Of a stretch of 64,000 bases of DNA, positions 48,683 to 56,806 are shown piece by piece. Below the pieces are notes generated by a model. It saw only the letters and a list, made by a program, of their open reading frames with translations, searched no databases and was not told where the DNA came from. Position numbers and translations under genes: made by a program. Source of the DNA: Bdellovibrionales bacterium (GTDB lineage Bacteria; Bdellovibrionota; Bdellovibrionia; Bdellovibrionales; JAUICD01). How positions within the stretch are numbered: position 1 is the stretch's first letter; every line of letters begins with the position of its first letter. Location of the stretch: the NCBI GenBank assembly GCA_965197425.1, contig CBDANC010000015.1:202704-266703 (forward strand). Direction: 5' to 3'.

Positions 48683-49500
48683 TTGAAAGGTACACTCATC
48701 TCAAATAGTACACCACACAATTTGTAATTTAAAGCACTAGATTCAAATTCTTTTACACAAGTCCATTCTACACATGTATTACCGCTTAAGACACGGATCT
48801 TACCAGAACTCTTTTTAATAAAATCAAGGGTTTCATATAACCCAATGCCTCTATATTTAATCTCTGATTTATTGTTGAGACTGCTTTCCAATTCATTGAA
48901 TGATTCCAATATAATTTGCTCCTCATTCCTTCCACGATCCTGGCCAGTTCTTTGATAAGATTTTAAGAATCCCACACCCACATCGGAAACTGCGACCTCA
49001 ACAATTCCCTTATCATCGTAAACTTGTGCGTGAGCGTATCCCCATCCTTGATTTCCCTTCGGGCCAGAGTGAAAATAAATATTGTTGGCAATCTCGCCAA
49101 ATATATCTGCTAATTCAGTCACCAATGAACCAGGAGCTAGAGGATTAAAAACAGCATGACATTTGTCTTCTAAAGTGCAGTCGCGGTCATCAACAATTTT
49201 AAGTAAAGGAAAAAATTTTGCAGAATCTTGTTTGTTGTGTGGATATGTGTATCCAGTACCATCAAATAACCCCATTCTCCCTCCATAGTTCTTAACATTC
49301 TCATTTGAGGGCGGAATTATAAAAACCTTCAACTTACAGTCAAATGCCAAATCAATTATACAACGCACTCTTACTAGAACAGCAGGCGTAAAAAATTGTA
49401 TATCTGATAGGTCAATTTTGATACTTGAGTATTTTCCAGAATGAATGTCATATGGCGACGGGCCTGTCTTTGTAATATCTGCATTAATAGTGAGGTTCAC
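48679..49500 (-). CDS. GHKL-superfamily ATPase (RsbW/SpoIIAB-like kinase fold) with a unique N-terminal domain
   Basis: The N-box is EIANNIYFH (ExxxNxxxH), the G1 box is VSDVGVGF (DxGxG) and the G2 box is YRGIGLYE. Confidence 0.65.
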   Translation of the reverse strand: MNLTINADITKTGPSPYDIHSGKYSSIKIDLSDIQFFTPAVLVRVRCIIDLAFDCKLKVFIIPPSNENVKNYGGRMGLFDGTGYTYPHNKQDSAKFFPLLKIVDDRDCTLEDKCHAVFNPLAPGSLVTELADIFGEIANNIYFHSGPKGNQGWGYAHAQVYDDKGIVEVAVSDVGVGFLKSYQRTGQDRGRNEEQIILESFNELESSLNNKSEIKYRGIGLYETLDFIKKSSGKIRVLSGNTCVEWTCVKEFESSALNYKLCGVLFEMSVPFK

Positions 49501-49654
49501 TAACTTATCTCCTGATCATTATTATTATATCAACAACAGTTCTATCCATCCTTCTAAGTATTAATATTCTCAGATACAACTGTTATATTTATCTCGAACC
49601 ATTCTACCAGGTTTTTATGTAAAGGACATATCTCTGTTTTGATCTAGGCTTAGA

Positions 49655-49809
49655 CCCAAAGAACCTTTAAAAAGGCCAGAGAAAATTACTTTTTCTATGT
49701 CTGGGATGAGTCACCAGATGAAGATGTGTACGAGGTAAGGTGGGTCACCACTTTTGATACAACTACCGAGGATGTTGAAAACTTTGTGGCTGCCCTAAGC
49801 CAACTTTAA
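49655..49809 (+). pseudogene. Displaced 3' fragment of ltaE
   Basis: It translates to ...ARENYFFYVWDESPDEDVYEVRWVTTFDTTTEDVENFVAALSQL*, compared with the intact ARENYFFYVWDESPDEDMYEVRWVTCFDTSEEDVKNFVASLKAL*. There is no upstream coding continuation. Confidence 0.85.
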
Positions 49810-49876
49810 ATAGATAAAGCTAAAAAAATATCATCATAAAAAACATCTTTGGTTTTGCAAAAATTTATTAGTTGGT

Positions 49877-49898
49877 GTAAGGCTAATGCTTATGTTGA
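49877..49898 (+). repeat. Left copy of the 22-bp direct repeat
   Basis: It is identical to 56807-56828. Confidence 0.9.
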
Positions 49899-50551
49899 AG
49901 TTCCTAGAACAAAACATAAAAAGAATCTGTTATAGTTTTGATGAGCCATTGGAGCATGTAGTGACAGTTGAATCTGGGTCAAATAGCGTGGAAGAGACCT
50001 TATCTAAGCTTAGGGATCTTATCAATTCAAGTACCCATAAAAGAAAAAAACTGATCGATGATAGAAAGAAGTGGCTAATTGTTTGTAGTGCTATGGATGT
50101 AATCGGTGATACTGAATTGGCAATTAAATCATACGAGGATACTAAAGAAAAAATTGATGATGGCAAAACTTACCTTTTTATTTACGGGTTACTGCAATCA
50201 ATGTATGTGCAACAAGATGCTGTAACTAACATTAGAAAAACGTTAAACGTACCTCCTTTCAATAAAGACGAGGAGGAGAAACTAAAATATATTAGAGAAA
50301 TTCGCAATGATATAATCGGACATCCAACTAAACGAGAGCGAGGAGATGTTAAGAGGTCAAATTTTATAACCAGACGTGGTTTAAGTTTGAAAAGCGTTAC
50401 TCTCATAAAAAGTCACTTCGACAAAGAGTCGGGTGATAAAATAGTTGAAATAAAACCTTTTGATCTAATCCAATGGCAGAGGGAGGTAATTACTAATTTT
50501 TTAAATTTTGTAATTTCTAGTTTAAAAGAACAAATAAGCAAACATAGATGA
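49886..50551 (+). CDS. HEPN-like protein (candidate abortive-infection RNase)
   Basis: 221 aa. The motif IREIRNDIIGH fits the HEPN Rx4-6H signature (R-N-x-x-x-x-H) and resembles the lRN..AH block of Abi-type HEPN proteins. The first four codons (MLML) derive from the duplicated hemJ start. Confidence 0.4.
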   Translation: MLMLKFLEQNIKRICYSFDEPLEHVVTVESGSNSVEETLSKLRDLINSSTHKRKKLIDDRKKWLIVCSAMDVIGDTELAIKSYEDTKEKIDDGKTYLFIYGLLQSMYVQQDAVTNIRKTLNVPPFNKDEEEKLKYIREIRNDIIGHPTKRERGDVKRSNFITRRGLSLKSVTLIKSHFDKESGDKIVEIKPFDLIQWQREVITNFLNFVISSLKEQISKHR

Positions 50552-50631
50552 TGACGGCCTAACAGCTGATTCTTTGTGATCTTTACTATCGAAATCATCT
50601 AAAACTAATAAAGGGGATATAATTTCAAGGT

Positions 50632-51321
50632 TTAAAATTCAACCTCCTCCACCTTTTGATAGAAATTTTCTAGTTCTTTTACATTTATACGAAACGCTGT
50701 TCCATGGTTTCTTGCCCTAGTTTCCTTGTCATGCAATCTTAGATCTAATAACAATTGTCCACTTTGAAATTGGTTTTTAAGGATAGATTGAGTTACTCCT
50801 CCAGATAATAACCTGGCTCTATTAAATAAAAAATATTCAACACCTTTTCTCTCTTCAACCTTTGCCTTAACTAACAAAATATTTTTAACTTTTTTTGTAA
50901 AACGTTTCTCAATTTCTTTCAACTCCCACTTAGCAATTACATTTCCATCTATACTTCTTACAGAGACAAAATCATCTTCAACTAATAAAAAAAGTCCGGT
51001 GCTGTTTGGCTTAAGGCCCATCGTATAATACAAGCCAAGTCTGCCACTATCATCTTTGCTTCCATACTTCCTAGCAGCATCCAAAGGTTTCATTATCCAT
51101 GCATTGCGATTGAAGGTGAACAAGGTTATCAGCCCTGTATGATTTTCCCTATATGCTTTCAACTCTATTTTATCCAAATCTGGAGAGCTTATATTATTTT
51201 CTTTAATTTCAAGTAGAGTTTCTAAAGTATATCCAATACCAGTTGGTCCCTTTCTAAGTGTCCTTAAATATCCCTTTTTTTTTACTTTAGTCAGTTTCTT
51301 TCTTATCTCCTCTAGATTCAT
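50632..51321 (-). CDS. Type II restriction endonuclease, MvaI/BcnI family
   Basis: 229 aa. The blocks KKKGYL...GPTGIGYTLETLLEIKENNISSPDLDKIELKAY...ITLFTF and the C-terminal LDLRLHDK...NHGTAFRI parallel my recollection of BcnI (KNKGYL...GQILERQFGVQENNITLGDLGEFELKG...LTLFHK...DLCIDQD...DRGPHLRI). Confidence 0.7.
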   Translation of the reverse strand: MNLEEIRKKLTKVKKKGYLRTLRKGPTGIGYTLETLLEIKENNISSPDLDKIELKAYRENHTGLITLFTFNRNAWIMKPLDAARKYGSKDDSGRLGLYYTMGLKPNSTGLFLLVEDDFVSVRSIDGNVIAKWELKEIEKRFTKKVKNILLVKAKVEERKGVEYFLFNRARLLSGGVTQSILKNQFQSGQLLLDLRLHDKETRARNHGTAFRINVKELENFYQKVEEVEF

Positions 51322-51328
51322 TTGTACT

Positions 51329-52576
51329 TCACTCTTTGTTGAAAACTACTACATACTCATTGGTCATAGTTTTTGATTTCACCCCAGCTCTATTAGTAGG
51401 GGAATTTTTTGAAGGCATTACTTTGTTATGAATATCTCTGACAAATATTCCTTCAAAATTAAGATCCATACTGTGGAAGAAAGATGCTGTTATTTGATCC
51501 ATAGGTATTTGAAATCCTTTTACTGTCCTATTCCCAACCACAAAACAAACCTTTCCTTTTTTGTTGAGGTTTTTGTCCACATTTCTTACTACATTGTAGT
51601 AGCCATTGAAAAAGTGCAAGACTTCCTCTGCTCTCTTGGGATCCACACTTTTAATGTTATCAACCGTATCCATTAAAATTTCATATTTGCTGAGTTCTCT
51701 ATTTAGTCTACCTTCTTTTCCTAAACCCTGTTTATCAATCTTGTAGCCACTAATATTATTAGCAATTAAGTCGTTTACCCAATCAGCTCCAAAGCTTGTA
51801 TATTGTCCATAAGCAACCGTTGTACTACTATCACCGTAGGGCGGAGAAGTGATAACCAAGTCGTATTTTAAAGGGATTTTATCTTCTGAGTTACCGAATA
51901 TAGGTCTGCTTAGTTTTTTAGGTACACTAGCGCTCAAAAATACTTTTACCATATCTTCAAGATGCAATAAGAATCTTGGAAAAACCTCATTTTTTGTTCT
52001 TGCTATTCTCTCTTTATCAATCCTATATCTTTTGAATTCACCGTTTCTTGTTAAAGATTGATTACGGCATATAAAAGCAAAAATTGTTGTAAAAAAATCC
52101 CTGTACTCGTAAGTTCTGTTTTTCAAAATCCATCTTATCCTGCCAAGATCATTGGCCACTTCCTCAGTATACCAGTAGTCTATATTTGTTATTTTAGGAA
52201 TATCAACTTGAGTATGATCAAAAAGATGATTTGCTCCCTCAATTAAAGTAGCTTTTAAATCCTTGTACTCTCTAAGCAATTTTTCTTTTTGATAGGCTGC
52301 TGTTTTTGCTCTTGCAATGAGAAGTGCCATAGGGTTTATATCAAAGCCTATAGATTCATACCCTTTTATTTTGGATTGGAGTAGGGTCACTCCACTCCCA
52401 CAAAATGGATCAAAAATCACGTTTCCTACTTTTGCATATTTCTCAATAAGAAAATTCACCAACAAAGGATGCAACATAGCAGGATAGGGATGTATTTTGT
52501 GTCTTTCCCTCAAAAGTTGTTCACCATAAAAAGAGAGGTCTTTTTTTTCGGTTCTCTTATAATTATATTCAAACAT
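51329..52576 (-). CDS. DNA methyltransferase, amino-MTase (probably N4-cytosine)
   Basis: Motif I is FDPFCGSGVTLLQ and motif IV is VITSPPYGD. SPPY is typical of N4-cytosine MTases. The gene ends 7 nt upstream of the endonuclease gene. Confidence 0.8.
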   Translation of the reverse strand: MFEYNYKRTEKKDLSFYGEQLLRERHKIHPYPAMLHPLLVNFLIEKYAKVGNVIFDPFCGSGVTLLQSKIKGYESIGFDINPMALLIARAKTAAYQKEKLLREYKDLKATLIEGANHLFDHTQVDIPKITNIDYWYTEEVANDLGRIRWILKNRTYEYRDFFTTIFAFICRNQSLTRNGEFKRYRIDKERIARTKNEVFPRFLLHLEDMVKVFLSASVPKKLSRPIFGNSEDKIPLKYDLVITSPPYGDSSTTVAYGQYTSFGADWVNDLIANNISGYKIDKQGLGKEGRLNRELSKYEILMDTVDNIKSVDPKRAEEVLHFFNGYYNVVRNVDKNLNKKGKVCFVVGNRTVKGFQIPMDQITASFFHSMDLNFEGIFVRDIHNKVMPSKNSPTNRAGVKSKTMTNEYVVVFNKE

Positions 52577-52820
52577 TTTAGTTTAACCAGTTCTCTATAA
52601 GCCAATTATTTTCATAGCATACTTTTTACAAGTATCGCTATTTAGTATGTGGAGTCAATTTTTTTGTAGTAGATACTAGGATAATTCAAACAAAATAGCT
52701 TTCGATGATTTTGATAAACCAAATCTAAAACTCTTTGCTGAGAATTTACTAAGAAATATAGGCAGCGGCTTGAAATATAGCGCAGGGTAAAAAGGATCTT
52801 ACACTATTAGCTTAGGTGCT

Positions 52821-53657
52821 GTGTTTGGCAACAACCTTCCTTTTTGCTTCTTAGAAACAAATCTCTCCTCAAATAAAATCTTGAAATTTATAAAGTTCTT
52901 AGATAGAACTGCTTTCAATATGTCTAATTCAAGCGGTATACTGAAGGATCATAAAAAGAAAGGAACAAAATTAATTCCTCCTTTTCCAGCTAGTTTCCCT
53001 GACATCCGTCAGGTTCCATATATTGACATTACTCTTCCTGAATTGATTTGGTTTGGGACTCTTAATATGAAGTTAGGAATTAGAGGTGCTGCAGATTTGA
53101 TAACAGAAACTGTCAAAGTTCTGCAGAAAAACAAGTGTGAAGTTGTGGTGTTTGCAAGTTCCTTCAGTGAACTAGAGGAATTTCAAAAAAATAAAATTAT
53201 AGAATCTTTAAGAAAAACTTCGATTTTAAATAACATACAAAACACTTTAAATGATTTTATATATTTTTATCCTGAATGCCCTTTGGCATTTTTATTAGAA
53301 GACAAGAAATTACAGTTAACTGATAAGAATTTTATTGAGAACTTTAAAAAGTATTTAAGCAAGCTATATAACAAAAGAAGTAGTGAAGGTATTTTTATGC
53401 AAGCATTAGCTGTATATAAGATGTTTTTGTCGGGAAAACTTAAAGCTGCATCTCATACATCACTTGCTAATTTTCCTGAAGTTGAACATTACCCTAATAC
53501 TCAAATATCCAAGGAAATTGCAGCTTCGATTTGTTGCGTTTTAAATTTATTTTGCGGAACTTGTGTTATTGATAAGGGTTTGCAGGACTGGTCTAAATAT
53601 TTTTGGAATAGATCTCGTCAGATAGAACCTATTGATTTAACTAAAATTGAGTGGTAA
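52821..53657 (+). CDS. Hypothetical protein (island gene, no recognisable motif)
   Basis: The ORF is 278 aa from a GTG start. The alternative ATG at 52920 (MSNSSGILKDH) is more plausible. The sequence looks predominantly helical. Confidence 0.45.
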   Translation: MFGNNLPFCFLETNLSSNKILKFIKFLDRTAFNMSNSSGILKDHKKKGTKLIPPFPASFPDIRQVPYIDITLPELIWFGTLNMKLGIRGAADLITETVKVLQKNKCEVVVFASSFSELEEFQKNKIIESLRKTSILNNIQNTLNDFIYFYPECPLAFLLEDKKLQLTDKNFIENFKKYLSKLYNKRSSEGIFMQALAVYKMFLSGKLKAASHTSLANFPEVEHYPNTQISKEIAASICCVLNLFCGTCVIDKGLQDWSKYFWNRSRQIEPIDLTKIEW

Positions 53658-54480
53658 TTTTAAAATGGAAGAGAGTATAGAACATAAGACGCTCACATCT
53701 TTATTAAATAATATTAAAGAATATAAAAAGATTGTTCGTAAAGAGTTTTCAGAGAGGATGAAATTATCTAGTGTAAATGTAGAGGAAGATGAAAAACGTG
53801 CAGTTGTTGGCGGACTTCTGGCAAGACAAGTTTCACTAGCAACTGAGTTTTGTAAATGCTCAAGTATTTGGACTCTACATATCGCCCCAATAATTCAGCG
53901 TTGTATGATTGATGTACATATAACGCTAGCTTGGATACTAGAAGACCCAGAAAAAAGATGTAAGGAATACATTGAGTATGGGTTAGGCCAAGTAAAGTTG
54001 ATGATCGAACATAGAAAGCTTCAATTGAAGTCAGATGGTGTGGAAGCAGATGACGATCCTGTTTTAAATGCGTATGAGGATTGGTTAAATAATCAGAAGC
54101 ATGAAGCGTTTGTAGAAGTAAATTTAGGAAGATGGTCAAATAAATCTGTAAGAAAAATGGCAGAAGAATCTGACAATTTAGATATATATAATTATATCTA
54201 TACACCATTTTCTGGTTGTGTCCATAGTATGTGGAATCACATTGAAAGGCTTAACTTGACCAGATCAACAAATCCTTTGCATAAAGGTTTACCAATCCCT
54301 GTTGCTTCAAAACTTCCAGTAAGTATGGAGGAGTTGTTTCTAGTAGCAAAATACTTACATAAAACTTTTTTATTATATGATGAAAAAACTGGTTGCAATG
54401 TACCGGCTCCAAGTGCGTATGACTTTTTAAACAAAGCTATTGATAAAACAGCGTCAGATTTAAAAAAATACAACAAATAG
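53647..54480 (+). CDS. Hypothetical protein (island gene, possibly DUF5677-like all-alpha protein)
   Basis: The ORF is 277 aa, and the likely start MEESIEHK at 53665 lies 7 nt after the upstream stop. The blocks LLARQVSLATEF...IIQRCMIDVHITLAWIL and YTPFSGCVHSMWNHIERL recall DUF5677 from memory only. Confidence 0.4.
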   Translation: MSGNFKMEESIEHKTLTSLLNNIKEYKKIVRKEFSERMKLSSVNVEEDEKRAVVGGLLARQVSLATEFCKCSSIWTLHIAPIIQRCMIDVHITLAWILEDPEKRCKEYIEYGLGQVKLMIEHRKLQLKSDGVEADDDPVLNAYEDWLNNQKHEAFVEVNLGRWSNKSVRKMAEESDNLDIYNYIYTPFSGCVHSMWNHIERLNLTRSTNPLHKGLPIPVASKLPVSMEELFLVAKYLHKTFLLYDEKTGCNVPAPSAYDFLNKAIDKTASDLKKYNK

Positions 54481-54694
54481 ACTTACATTTAAATGGTTGT
54501 TTAAAATTGTGCTGATTTAAACATAAAAAAGAAAGCAATCCTAAGGTTGCTCCGTACCTCTCAATCGAAACCCAACCGTAATTAGTTTCACTAATAACAT
54601 ATGGCAAAAAAGAGTTAAAAAATCGAATCAACCTTGCCATGACTAGTTCATCTTTAGGTGAGGCAAAAGAACTAGTAGACGTTGAACTTATTAA

Positions 54695-55255
54695 TCAGCG
54701 TTTCTTTAAAAATCTGCGGATTGCTGAATCACTCACCCTCTGAACCTTGCTCACCGTCATCGGATGTGAACCGAGGGTTTCGATATTATAAATGACTCCT
54801 TCATTTACAAGGTGTCTAATTGCAGGGTTAAGGCGGCGAGGCTTCCAACCATATTGCTCTGCTATTTCTTTTGGTTGAGCTGTAGATTCTTTGTCATTCA
54901 ACATATCTCGAGCAATTCGTTTAGCATCCTCCTTAGCATCCCATCCCATGAAGTACCGGTCAAATTCAATAAACAAAGACTCATCAGTAATAATCCTTTG
55001 GTCAGAGAAGGAGCCAAATGTTCTGTTTATCTTCAAGAAACCTTGTTCTTTAAGTCTGTTGACCGCATCTTCTGTGTCCTCTAAACTCAAACCCGTTTCT
55101 TCCGCAATATTTTTCGCAGCCAATAGTGGATCGTGATTAAACCCGTTTTTTGATTGTTTAAGAAGTAGTTTTATAACTTTTACTTCAGCTTCTGAGTATC
55201 CAGGTATATAATTGTTGTGTGCAACATCTTTATCTACTATAGTTTCCATTTCCAA
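54695..55255 (-). CDS. Hypothetical protein with winged-helix-like segments
   Basis: 186 aa. The segments AEETGLSLEDTEDAVNRLKEQGFLKI and AIRHLVNEGVIYNIE look like wHTH recognition helix and wing. No family was recognised. Confidence 0.35.
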   Translation of the reverse strand: MEMETIVDKDVAHNNYIPGYSEAEVKVIKLLLKQSKNGFNHDPLLAAKNIAEETGLSLEDTEDAVNRLKEQGFLKINRTFGSFSDQRIITDESLFIEFDRYFMGWDAKEDAKRIARDMLNDKESTAQPKEIAEQYGWKPRRLNPAIRHLVNEGVIYNIETLGSHPMTVSKVQRVSDSAIRRFLKKR

Positions 55256-55534
55256 ATAACCTCCCTTTTTGAAGTTTATATTTAAAAAAATAATTTATGT
55301 TTATACCAAGATTCTCTATACCTATACATCATCTACGCACATTCATGAAGGCTCAGAAGGTTGTTTGGCATTTCTCCATCTGCCTCGGTCTTTAAATATT
55401 CATTACCATACCTACTATTAGCTACGACCATTGACACTCTTTGTCCGTTCTGCATAACAAAAAAAGAATATCTATTCGCCTTAATACCACATATTGCTTC
55501 CTCTTGAGAAAGCTTCTAGTTTGTGCTATCACTA

Positions 55535-56557
55535 TTAACCTTCACTTCCAATAGTGGGATTCACATTATTTCTTATGATCTCTAACACTCTTTGAGATGA
55601 AGCTACATTATCCTGTTCGCCTTGAGTAAAGCCAGTATTCTGATGTGAGAAAATGCATTGTGCTGTCTGTAGTAATACAGCACTTTTTGTCGCTTTGTCC
55701 AGACTTGCATCTATAAATTCCTCAAATGTACCCAAGGCATTTTGCCTGTGCTGATTTACCACTAGATTGTGCGACTCAACTCTGTAAATTCTTGCCGACA
55801 AAACAAAGAAAAAAGAAAGCACACTAAACATCAACACTTTTGACAAACTAATTTGAACCAACTTAGAAGTGATGATAGCTTCATTCCAACCCATGGAGTG
55901 ACGTACATTCCAAATAAGAAAAGCAACCAGTACAGCACCAAAACTCCCCGTTACCCAGAGCCATATTTTTTTAGCTTTTTGATGCCTATCTACTTCTTTT
56001 TGGAAATGAAGGATATGTTGAGCCACACCCTCACCAGCAATTTTGTCTCTGGTTTTGCCAAGAATATTACTTAAGGCTGCTTCACTTTCTTCCGCCCTTT
56101 TCTTAAGTTTTTTAATCTCAGCAACATCCTTATCTGCCTGCTGTGTTGTACCTTCACTATTACAAAAGGCAATGATCGGAGCTATTTTCTTAAACCACTC
56201 ATTGTAAGCTCCGTCAATTCGATTAATTATATTATTTCTTTGCTCTAATGGATTACCTTGTTCAGCATTGAAATTCGAAATTTCGTTGAATAAATCCAAC
56301 GCACTCCTTGCATAACCATCAAATTCTACCGCACATGAACTAGTAATGAGGTCGAAATTTACATTTGAGAGTTTGTTAAATAGCTCTGAAATTTGTTCAA
56401 ATAATTTAGCTCCTTCTTGGAAACCTAGCTTTGTTCCAAGATCTTCGGTTCTAACAAGATCCTTTACTTTTATCTTGTCTAGCTCGTCCAAAGATCCCTT
56501 TAAGGAAGACAGAGATTCCTGATGTCTTTGTTTAATATCCTGCACAACACTCCTCAC
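55535..56557 (-). CDS. Coiled-coil protein with two C-terminal-half transmembrane helices (candidate membrane effector)
   Basis: 340 aa with a helical, charged N-terminal region of about 190 aa. TM1 is IWLWVTGSFGAVLVAFLIWNV and TM2 is VLMFSVLSFFFVLSARIY. A conserved-looking block HNLVVNQHRQNALGTFEEF follows. Confidence 0.45.
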   Translation of the reverse strand: MRSVVQDIKQRHQESLSSLKGSLDELDKIKVKDLVRTEDLGTKLGFQEGAKLFEQISELFNKLSNVNFDLITSSCAVEFDGYARSALDLFNEISNFNAEQGNPLEQRNNIINRIDGAYNEWFKKIAPIIAFCNSEGTTQQADKDVAEIKKLKKRAEESEAALSNILGKTRDKIAGEGVAQHILHFQKEVDRHQKAKKIWLWVTGSFGAVLVAFLIWNVRHSMGWNEAIITSKLVQISLSKVLMFSVLSFFFVLSARIYRVESHNLVVNQHRQNALGTFEEFIDASLDKATKSAVLLQTAQCIFSHQNTGFTQGEQDNVASSQRVLEIIRNNVNPTIGSEG

Positions 56558-56806
56558 TTAATTTCTTATCTAGCAGTTAACCAAGCTATTCCAATCGGTA
56601 CTCTGATTAGATATAACTCTCATTTCTTATATAACATTCTATTTAGGAAGGTTAAAAAGACCTGCCTTGTGTCTAACAAGATGCGAATATGTGTGTGATC
56701 CTTAATTAAGTCAACAGTAGTTTAAAAAAAATTGGTAAGTTGCCGTTCTGATCCGCCACGACTCCGATCCAAAAAATTTAGCCTTTGCCAGATCAATGAG
56801 ATTCAG

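Larger units (their letters stand above)
48343..49654 (-). mobile_element. About 1.3-kb two-gene cassette inserted at the ltaE 3' end
   Basis: The cassette is bracketed by the intact ltaE 3' end and a diverged duplicate of it. The two share a 44-bp identical core (48205-48248 = 49672-49715). Confidence 0.55.

Noticed and set aside
53768-54640. Minus-strand ORFs (146, 79 and 67 aa) opposite the second unknown island gene and its downstream spacer
   Set aside because: Their composition is typical of AT-rich antisense frames (L/Y/H/F-rich), with no RBS. The plus-strand gene is longer and contiguous with its partner. The 54437-54640 ORF remains possible but is unsupported.
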